NCBI GenBank assembly: GCA_051011275.1
Contig: JBPCUG010000474.1
Coordinates: forward strand, 1-25,831
Reading direction: 5' to 3'
Source: Cyclobacteriaceae bacterium
GTDB taxonomy: Bacteria; Bacteroidota; Bacteroidia; Cytophagales; Cyclobacteriaceae
Length of the DNA stretch: 25,831 nt
Shown: piece after piece, positions 8,663 to 18,200 of the stretch
Position numbering within the stretch: position 1 is the first letter of the stretch
Layout of the letters: each line of letters begins with the position of its first letter
The notes under the pieces: generated by a model
The model's database searches: none
What the model saw: the letters and a program-made list of their open reading frames with translations, nothing else
What the model was told of the DNA's origin: nothing
Program-made: the position numbers and the translations under genes

Positions 8663-11600
8663 TCACTTCGTTCCACGTGCCTCTCTGGGTACACTGGTTA
8701 TTTTTGGTCTACTTTCAGCTGTATTGTTATCAGAATAACTTATGATTTTAGCAATTGCTTCAATGGTTGGCGACTCAAGCAAAGTGGCTAAAGGTATAGA
8801 TCGTCCAAATTGCTTTTCGATGCGCATAGCCAGTTGTGCTGCTAACAATGAGTGACCACCTAGATCAAAGAATCCATCGTTGATCCCAATTTTTCTTGCA
8901 CCTAACAATTCTTCCCATATCACGACCAGTTGCTTTTCCACTTCATCACGGGCTTCCTGGTATTCAGCATGGCCTTCAAGCTCCATAGTTTCAGGTTCTG
9001 GAAGCGCCTTGCGATCAATTTTTCCACTAGGTGTTAAGGGGAAAGTTTCTAAGGTCACATATGTGCCCGGTATCATATAATCCGGTAGTCTACTTTGTAG
9101 AAATCCCTTAATTTCCACCGCACCCAACTTATTACCCTCATTCAAAATAATGTAACCCACTAGTCGAGGGGCGGGTCCATCTGCATCTCTTACCGACACT
9201 ACTGCATCTCTAATAGCTAGATGCTCTTTGAGCGCTGTCTCTATCTCTCCTAGTTCAATTCTAAATCCGCGAATTTTAACTTGAAAATCATTCCGGCCTA
9301 AGTAATCAATAGTGCCATCTTCCATATATCGAGCCAAATCCCCCGTTTTATATAGCTTGGTACCTTGGTCGCTTCTGAATGGATCGGGGACAAAACGCTC
9401 CGCGGTAAGTTCAGGTCGATTCAAATATCCTCTAGCCACTTGTATCCCACCTAAATAGAGTTCTCCGGGAATACCTATAGGAACAAGCTGCTGCCTTTTG
9501 TCCAGAATATAGGTTTGGGTGTTGGCGATGGGTTTACCTATGGGCACTCGCTTTGACAAGGTTTCAATGCTACAGTCCCAAGTGGTAACATCCACCGCTG
9601 CTTCAGTTGGTCCGTACAAGTTATACAACCCACAACTTAGTTTTTCGAAGAACTTCTTTTTGGTTTCAAATTCAAGAGCTTCCCCACCGCAAAAAACTCG
9701 TTTTAAACTCTTACACTCAGTGACACCGTCTTGCTCAAGAAAGATTTTAAGCATTGAAGGAACAAAATGGAGCGTGGTAACTCCTGTGGCTTTGATTAAA
9801 TCCACCAAATAAGCACTATCCCTGTGGCCCTATGGTTTTGCAATTACCAACCTGGCGCCATATAATAAAGGCCAGAAAAATTCCCCTACTGAAACATCAA
9901 AACTAAAGGGTGTTTTTTGTAAATACCGATCATTTATAGAGAGCTGATATTCCTCTTGAAACCAAATCGATCGGTTACAGATACTCCCATGCTCAACCAT
10001 CACCCCTTTAGGTTTGCCGGTAGAACCTGAGGTGTATAAAACATAAGCGAGATTTTTCTCACTAATTTCATTAGCTGGATTTTCTGGATTACAATTGGCT
10101 ATATCTTCCCAATTTGTGTCCAGGGCTACCTGGGCTATTCCTTCGTTTTTTATCTTGTCCGAGTATTTTGCTGAAGTAAGTACCATGGTCAGACTGGCGT
10201 CCTTTGCCATGAAATCGATTCTATCTTGAGGATACTCGGGATCTATTGGTAAATAGGCCCCCCCGGCCTTCAGGATTCCGTAAATGCCAATTACCATTTC
10301 AAAAGATCGGTCCAATATTATCCCAACTATTTGCTCCGGTCCAACACCCCTTGTTTTTAGATAATTAGCTAGTTGATTTGCTTTGAGGTTTAGCTCATTG
10401 TAGGTCAATTGTTGGCCATCAAATTCAAGTGCAATGCCATCTGGGGTATTCGCAGCTTGGGCTTCGAACATCGCTATCAATGTGTTTTCTTTAGGATATG
10501 GTCTATCAGTATCGTTAATATCTTCCAACAAAAACTTCTGCTCGGACTGAGATAATAGAAATATGTTACCTATGGCTTGGTCTGGATCTGCAACAATTTG
10601 CTCTAGCAAAATCTTAAAATTATTCAGCAGCCGTTCGATTGTTGCTTCTTCAAAAAGATCTGTGTTATATTCAATAAACCCTTTGATACCATCCTGACAT
10701 TCCTTCAATTCTACTAAGAGGTCAAATTTAGAGCTACCAGTACCCACCCAAACCGGATCTAAGGAAAGTCCATTAAACGAACTGTGGTTAGAAGACATAG
10801 ACTGTAAAGCAAGCATTACCTGGAACAGTGGATTGCGGCTCAAATCGCGAACAGGCTTAAGCTCTTCCACTAATTTATCCAACGGCATTCCTTGGTGTTC
10901 AAATGCATCAATAATTGGACCTTTGCTACGTTTTAGCAGCTCAGTAAAAGTGGGGTTGCCTGTTAAATCGGTGCGTACTACCACAGTATTTACATAGTAA
11001 CCGATAGAATCTTCCAGCTCTGAATTACTCCGGTTGGCCATTGGTGAACCTACCGATATATCCTCTTGCCCGCTGTACCTTTTTAATAATACATTAAATG
11101 CACAAAGAATCGTCATGTACAAGGTACACCCGTGCTTCCTGGACAATGCATTTAGTCCGTTTAGGATCTCAGCCGAAAAATCGATCATCCGGTAATCACC
11201 TTTAAAATTTTGCCGGGGAGGTCTGGGGAAATCGGTGTGCAGCTCTAAGGGCTCCAATCCGCCCCCTAACCTCTTTTTCCAAAATTCCAATTGCAGCTCC
11301 TTCTCTTCTTCGTACCATTTCCGCTGCCAAACTGAATAATCTGCATATTGGATATCCAGAGGTTTCAAACTGACATTTTTCCCATTCAAGAGTGTGTTAT
11401 ATGCTGCCGCTAATTCTGAAGCAAAAATATCCTTTGACCAGCCATCAAAAACAGTATGGTGTATCACAAACAACCATAAATATTGTTGTTCTCCATACTT
11501 GATTACTACTGGTCTAAACAATGATTGATCTTTGAGATCGAATCCTGTGGTAGCTTCGTCATTTACTATAAGCAAAGCTTTATCTAGCGCGTTTGGGTCA

Positions 11601-11944
11601 GTAGAAACATCCTGGTATTCAATACGCACCTCTACATTCGTTTGGACAATCTGCTTTAGTTCTCCATCGACCTTCCCAAACCCTGTTCTTAAGGATTCAT
11701 GACGATCGACCAGGTAGTTAATCGATTTAGTCAAAACGGGTAACTCTAAATCGCCTTTAACTTTATAACAGATTGGAATGTTGTAAACTGGTGATCCTGG
11801 CTCAAATTGATCGAGAAACCACAATGCTTCTTGTTGAAAAGAAGGAGGGAAAACAAATGTTTCGTTTTCATTTTCGACTTTGTGTTCTGTTGACTGATTC
11901 TCTTGGTCGCCTAGCACATTGAAATCTTCATTTTCTAAATCCAT
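8663..11944 (-). pseudogene. Monomodular NRPS C-A(Ser-clade variant)-T interrupted by a single in-frame TAG at 9830-9832; 1093 residue positions if read through
   Basis: ORFs 9830..11944 and 8663..9808 are in the same frame. The junction reads GCA AAA CCA TAG GGC CAC AGG GAT AGT GCT TAT TTG = AKP*GHRDSAYL, inside the A core. C domain HHTVFDG, A motifs YTSGSTGKPKG/YGPTE/SGKID and T motif GGHSL are intact. Whether this is a real pseudogene, a sequencing error or read-through cannot be decided from the sequence alone. Confidence 0.85.
10839..10867. repeat. 29-bp exact repeat shared by paralogous C domains (copy 2)
   Basis: Identical to 4355-4383. Confidence 0.85.
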
Positions 11945-11953
11945 GTTTGTTAT

Positions 11954-14900
11954 TTACTTTTCGTTAGCTCTATATGCTTTTCGAGTTACCTTAGAAATCG
12001 AATGACCTTCGGAAGGCTTTTCATCTAGCTTCTCTTGTTGCTTGATTATGCCAAAAATAGTAGGGGCCTTATAAAAATGCCCTAATGAAACGTTAAATCC
12101 AAGTTCTTTTTTCAGCCTAAAGCTAAGTTTTGTGAGTGATAATGAATGACCACCAAGGTCAAAGAAACTATCATGTATTCCGATTTTGCTTATGTGCAGT
12201 TCTTCTAACCAAATATCTGCCACTTTTATTTCCAGTTCAGTTTGAGGTGGGGTGTATTCCGTTTTGTCATTGCGCTGAATTTCTGGTATGGGTAGGGCTT
12301 TGTGATCCAGTTTTCCGTTTGGTGTTATGGGAAATGATTCCATTAATACATAATTTGCTGGAACCATATACTCTGGAAGTTGATCCAGCATGTGGTTTCT
12401 CAAAGTGCCAGGATCAACACTATCTTTATCATTAGCTACCAGATATGCTACCAATCGTTTATCACCCGGGGTATCTTCTCTTACCAATACTGCCGCTTCT
12501 CTGATAATCTCTTGTTGCATCAGTACTGATTCTATTTCCCCTAATTCGATCCTAAATCCTCGAATCTTAACCTGGTGGTCTATACGACCTAAATACTCTA
12601 TATCAGATTCCGTTATAAATCTCGCCAGATCACCAGTTCTATAAAGTGTCTCACTTTCCCGATGAGGGTTTTTTATAAATCTGGATTTATTTAATTCCGG
12701 GCGTTCCAAATAACCCTCGGATACCCCAGCCCCACCTACAAACATTTCGCCTGGAATACCCAAGGGAACAGGCTGAAGGGCGCTGTCAAAAATATAGACC
12801 TTAAGATCAGGTATGGCCTCACCAATTACACTCCCGGACTCCAAATCTCGGGCACTTAATGGTCTATAGGTTACATGTACGGTGGTTTCCGTAATTCCAT
12901 ACATATTTACAAGTTTCGGAGTGTCGTCACCATGGCGCTCAAACCACGGAGCCAAACTTTGAAGGTCTAGAGCTTCTCCCCCAAATATTACTGTTCGCAG
13001 TGATAGTTGATCTGTAGTCCGTTTCGATTCCTCTGCTTTGATAAGTTGATTAAAAGCTGATGGGGTTTGATTTAAAACTGTTACCCTTTCACTCACAAGT
13101 AGGTCGTAGAATAGTTCGGGATCACGAGTGGTCATTTGAGGGACTACCACCAATTTACCTCCAAATAACAAAGCTCCCCAGATCTCCCAAACAGAAAAAT
13201 CAAAGGCATAGGAATGAAATAATGTCCATACATCAGAGCTTGTGAAATTAAACCAATGCTCGGTTGATTGAAATAATCTCACCACATTATAGTGCGATAC
13301 TTTTACTCCTTTTGGCTTCCCAGTGGAACCGGATGTGTAAATAACGTAGGCCAATGCTGTGGGGTCGAAAGATCTTCCCGGGTTCGATTGGCCAGAGTTA
13401 TTGATATTAACATCATCTAAAAAAATAACCTCAGGGGCGTTTTCCGGGATCTTATCAGCCAGTGCTTTTTGGGTCAAAAGCATCGGTGCTTTGGCATCTT
13501 CAAGCATGAATGCCAAACGTTCCTTTGGATAGCTAAGATCAATAGGCAAATAAGCCCCTCCGGATTTTAGAATGGCCAGAATACCTACAATTAATTCAAG
13601 AGACGGATCAGCGCATATCCCTACCAAGTCTCCCTTGCTAATCCCCCGAGATAATAAATAATTGGCCAGTTGATTAGCTTTCCTGTTCAGAGTATCGTAG
13701 TCAAGGGTGTCCCCCTGGTAGGAAATTGCGGTTAACTTAGGATTTTGTTTAACCTGATCTTCGAAAAGATCGATAATACTAAGATTAGATTGACTGGTGT
13801 CAATTTTCCTTTCAGTAGTTTTTTCGAAGGTTTCTATTTCTTGTTCAGTCAATAATCTTAAGCTGCTGACTGGTAAAGTAGGGTCAGCAATAACAGAATC
13901 AATCAGAGTCTCAAAATGACCAGCCATCCTTTCAATGGTTTCAGGGTCAAATAAGCTAGTACTATATTCAAAATATCCTTTTAACCCAGTCTCGTTTTCA
14001 AACAAATGTAAGGCCAAATCATATTGAGAGGTTCCGCTATCAAACCAGAAAGGGCTAAGTTTAGCATCTCCAAGTTGTAATTCCGTTTGGTTGGAAATCT
14101 GTAAAACAACTTGAAACATAGGATGATAACTCATATCCCTTTCCGGGCTCAATCTTTCTACTAATTTTTCAAATGGAACGTCCTCATTTTGATAGGCCTC
14201 CAAAGTGACGTCTTTCACCTGTTTTAACAACTGATCAAAAGTTGGGTTTGCAGAGAAATTGGTTCTTAGTACCAACATATTTAAGAACAGGCCAATCATA
14301 TGCTGCAGCTCCTTGCGATTGCGCTTGGCCATTGGTGTCCCTATAATGACATCCTCACTGCCCGTATATCTATATAACAATGTGTTATATATAGCACTAA
14401 CCACCATAAACAAAGTACATTGGTTACTTTGAGCCAATCTTTGCAATTTCTGATACCGGGCACTATCAATCTCTACAAAATGCTTGGCTCCATTGAAATC
14501 TTGCTGGCTAGGTCTAGGCCGGTTTCTTGGGAGTTCCAATACAGGTGGGCATCCTTTTAATTGCTTTTCCCAATACTTAAGTTGATCCTCAATGAGCTCC
14601 TCCTCCATCCACTGACGCTGCCATTGAGCGTAATCAGCATATTGTATACTTAGTTCAGGTAAATTTGGTGCTCGTCCTTCTAAAAATGCTTGATATAAAA
14701 TTGATAATTCATTAAATAATATGCCCATTGAAAGCCCATCACAAATTATATGGTGAAGATTCAGGATTACCACATGTTTGGTGGGACTTTGAGAAATTAG
14801 TTTAGCTTTTATCAAGGGCCACTTTGCCAATTCGAAAGTACTTTGTGCAACTTCTCTAACCAACTCGTGCATTTTAGAATCAGTGCCGTCCTGAACATCT

Positions 14901-15280
14901 ATAGTTACCTCTTCGATTTCAATTTCAATTTCATTGGATTCAATTGGTTGTTGAACAGGCTGATCAGAAATCTTTATAAATTCACTCGACAATATTTCAT
15001 GTCGAGCTAGTATGGCGTTGAGAGCCTTTTGTAACAAGACCCGGTCAATTTCCCCATCTATACATAATGCTACTGGCACATTATCGGAGGGATGGCCGGA
15101 ATAAAGTTGATATAAAAACCACAGTCTTTCTTGAGCAAAGGAAAGTGGTGCCGCCTCTTTATTTGCTCGTGGAATAATAGGTATATTCGATATTCCAATG
15201 CCTTCTGATTTCAACAGAGCAGCAAATTCGCTCCTTTGTTCAGGAGTTAGATTGGCAATATTTTTTAACAAATCTTCCAT
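11954..15280 (-). CDS. Monomodular NRPS C-A(Thr)-T, 1108 aa
   Basis: C domain HHIICDG. A domain FDFSVWEIW / TVLNQTP / VIFGGE / NMYGITETTVHV gives the code DFWNIGMVHK, the canonical Thr signature. T domain SFFDLGGHSL. Confidence 0.95.
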   Translation of the reverse strand: MEDLLKNIANLTPEQRSEFAALLKSEGIGISNIPIIPRANKEAAPLSFAQERLWFLYQLYSGHPSDNVPVALCIDGEIDRVLLQKALNAILARHEILSSEFIKISDQPVQQPIESNEIEIEIEEVTIDVQDGTDSKMHELVREVAQSTFELAKWPLIKAKLISQSPTKHVVILNLHHIICDGLSMGILFNELSILYQAFLEGRAPNLPELSIQYADYAQWQRQWMEEELIEDQLKYWEKQLKGCPPVLELPRNRPRPSQQDFNGAKHFVEIDSARYQKLQRLAQSNQCTLFMVVSAIYNTLLYRYTGSEDVIIGTPMAKRNRKELQHMIGLFLNMLVLRTNFSANPTFDQLLKQVKDVTLEAYQNEDVPFEKLVERLSPERDMSYHPMFQVVLQISNQTELQLGDAKLSPFWFDSGTSQYDLALHLFENETGLKGYFEYSTSLFDPETIERMAGHFETLIDSVIADPTLPVSSLRLLTEQEIETFEKTTERKIDTSQSNLSIIDLFEDQVKQNPKLTAISYQGDTLDYDTLNRKANQLANYLLSRGISKGDLVGICADPSLELIVGILAILKSGGAYLPIDLSYPKERLAFMLEDAKAPMLLTQKALADKIPENAPEVIFLDDVNINNSGQSNPGRSFDPTALAYVIYTSGSTGKPKGVKVSHYNVVRLFQSTEHWFNFTSSDVWTLFHSYAFDFSVWEIWGALLFGGKLVVVPQMTTRDPELFYDLLVSERVTVLNQTPSAFNQLIKAEESKRTTDQLSLRTVIFGGEALDLQSLAPWFERHGDDTPKLVNMYGITETTVHVTYRPLSARDLESGSVIGEAIPDLKVYIFDSALQPVPLGIPGEMFVGGAGVSEGYLERPELNKSRFIKNPHRESETLYRTGDLARFITESDIEYLGRIDHQVKIRGFRIELGEIESVLMQQEIIREAAVLVREDTPGDKRLVAYLVANDKDSVDPGTLRNHMLDQLPEYMVPANYVLMESFPITPNGKLDHKALPIPEIQRNDKTEYTPPQTELEIKVADIWLEELHISKIGIHDSFFDLGGHSLSLTKLSFRLKKELGFNVSLGHFYKAPTIFGIIKQQEKLDEKPSEGHSISKVTRKAYRANEK

Positions 15281-15281
15281 T

Positions 15282-18200
15282 TTAGCTTTCGCCTGGACTT
15301 TGTACTTTTTTCAATAAGTCTGCTAGTTTATTACTGTTATCCTGTTGGGTAACCTGTTTCTCATCTACCAATGATGCCAATGATGCCACCGTTGGTGCCG
15401 CAAACAAATCTTTTATATCAATACTAACGTTCGTCGATTTGTTGATATCCGCAATAATCTGAGTACCTAAAAGCGAATTACCCCCGAGCTCATAATAGTT
15501 TTCATAAATACCCAATTGCTTTATCCCTAATCGACTGCGCCATATTTTGCTAATCTCCTCCTCCAATTGATTTCTAGGGCCCTCAATGCTGGAGTCAAAA
15601 CTCATTTCCTCTTGAACCTCAATCTCTTCTTCAGGAGCATCCAATCCGGTGAATGTCAATGAACTTCCATAGGCACTTTGAAAATCTCTGGGGTAAATCA
15701 CTATGTGATGTAGCCCACTACTGACGATCCGCTCAAATACCTCTAGCCCTTCTCGGTTGGTTATGGCATTCTCCATAGCTTTTTCCTTCCAGGGTCCTTC
15801 TGGTAAATCAGTTAATATGCCCACTTCTTTCCAGCCGGGCCAGTTAATATTAATTGTGGTACAGTCTGGAATCGTCGCACTTGGTTGACTATTAGCATCC
15901 AAGAACGCGCTTGCAGAAACATAATCTATTTGGCCGGTTGGAGCTAAATAGGCGTTAATCGAAGAAAACTGGATAAATAGCGGGATGTTCAAAGCCGCCA
16001 CTTGGTCTTTCAAATTATTTGTGCCTTCAACTTTGGGACTTAGGACGTTTTGTAATGTCTCTCGGGTTTTCTGGCTTATAGGGCTGTCATCTATCATCCC
16101 TGCACTGTGGATAACACCATCTATAGACCCGAAATGTTGTTTCAATTGGTTAAAAGTTTTTGCAACAGCCTCTTTATCTCCAACATCTACTATTGGAGTC
16201 AAAACCTCAATACCCTTTTCCTCCAAAAATTTCAAGCCTTCAATTCGCTCTTTGGTTCTCCGGTCAAGAGAAGAATCTGCTAGAAGCTTGTCCCAAGAAT
16301 CCTTAGATGGGATTTTACTTCTTCCTAGCAACGCCAGTTTTACCTGGTATTCATTCGCCAAATGCTTCGCAACCTCCAACCCTACCCCATTGAGGCCTCC
16401 GGTAATAGCATAGACCCCTTGCTTTTTAAACTTCGAGGCAGAAGGGATACCAGGTGACATGGTCACCGGCTCAAAATGCATGCTCCAAGTAGATCTTTCC
16501 TTCAAAACACGTATCGGCTCCACACTTGATCTTGAAAATTCATTAAGTATTTTAGGAGATAATTGGAGCGACTGGTGATCAATTAATTGCATGTCCAGTT
16601 GCATCATTTTGATGTGGGGATACTCCTTCGGTATGACCCTAGTGGGCCCAATAAGTAATGCACCTCCGGTCACAATTTTCTCCTCTCCGGTAATCTCAAA
16701 AGTATCTTTTGAAATTACTCCTATTCTGAATTTTTTATCTACCATATGGCCACATACAGAAGCTGTATCCGATAGCGCCATAAAATTAGCAAGGTACTGA
16801 TCAGTATTTCCCTCAAATAGACAACAATATAGAATGTTGATATCGCTCTCTTTAACGATAGTCATCAAACGTTCAAATTCTTCCTTATCAGTTGAATCTA
16901 TTTCAATATCTGAATTGTTTTTTTTATTTAACGAAGAAGTAAATCTATGGACTGATTTGCCCTGAGATTGCAATGAGTCCTCTAACGCACTTTCAAGCTC
17001 CGTGTTAGCACCCATTATTACCCAAGCGCCAGTAGGTAACTCCAGGGTTCCCAGGTTAAGGTTTGCACGTTTCTTCCAGGTTGGTACGTAGCCCCAATTT
17101 TTCAGTTCTTGTCTGCTTCTGGCAGTCAACTGGTTCTGCTTAGCACTATACCAATGTTCACTACGATCAAACGGATAAACTGGCAGCGGCACCCGGTTTA
17201 GTGGTTGTTTTCCATTGACCTCTTCCCAATTGATTTTTATGCCCTCTAGAAACAATTTTCCTAATGCATTCAGCTGAAATATTAAATCAGAGCCTTCCTC
17301 CTTAGGATGGCGCATCGATGGATAAGCTGTTTGTTCTTTACTCCGTAAAGGATGTTGGTTTACAAAAGTACTTAGGTTTCGGCCAGGTCCTACTTCCAAA
17401 AAAATACGACCGGGTACTTTAAGCAATTCTTCCAGGGTGTCATTGAATCGCACGGCACTGCGCAAATGATCCTGGTAATATTGATTGCTGGTGGCCATCT
17501 CCTTAGTAATCCAGCTACCGGTTACATTTGAAATATAGGGAATCTCGGGAGGCTTCAGCTTAATCTTTTGTAAGGCTTTATCGAAGTCTTCCAGAATTAC
17601 GTCAATCATCGGGGAATGGGCAGCAACATCCACCTTCAATTTCTTCGCTTCTACACCCTCTTTAGCCAGTACTTCGAAAAGTTGGTCTATGGACTTTTCC
17701 GGCCCGGATGCTACGCAAAGCGAGGGTGTATTGATGGCAGCCAAGGTCAGGTCGTCCTTTAGGTATTTTGTTACTTCCTTTTCTGACATTGGTATGCTTA
17801 GCATAGATCCTTTGGGCAAGGTTTCGAAAAGCCTCCCCCGTATTACGACCATATATAAAGCATCTTGCCATGAGATCACCCCTGACAAACATGCCGCAAC
17901 ATATTCACCTACACTATGGCCAGTCATAGCACTGGGCTTTATCCCCCAGGAATCCCAAAGCCTAGCCATTGCATAAGATGATATGAATAAAGCTGGTAGA
18001 CCAATGGAAGGTCTTTTGAACGCTTCCCTGGCCTCAGCTAAGGCGCTCTCCTCCGGAAACAGCAACGGTTTTAGATCAAAATCCATTTCCTTGCTTAAAA
18101 AGTCTAGGCACAAATCGACCTCTTCTCGATACTTGACTTCCCCTTGGTATAAATCCTTGCCCATATTGGGATATTGTGCACCACCACCGGGGAACATAAA

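Noticed and set aside
8663-9808. Stand-alone truncated A-T protein starting at TTG 9808
   Set aside because: It begins in the middle of the A core and is in frame with the upstream ORF across a single stop, so it is treated as one interrupted gene.
9830-9832. Genome-wide TAG reassignment or pyrrolysine decoding as the explanation for the in-frame amber codon
   Set aside because: TAG terminates four apparently complete genes in this window (19802, 492, 25166, 25736). The acyltransferase ends at the normal family C-terminus. The only tRNA seen has anticodon GCA, and no pyl genes are present.
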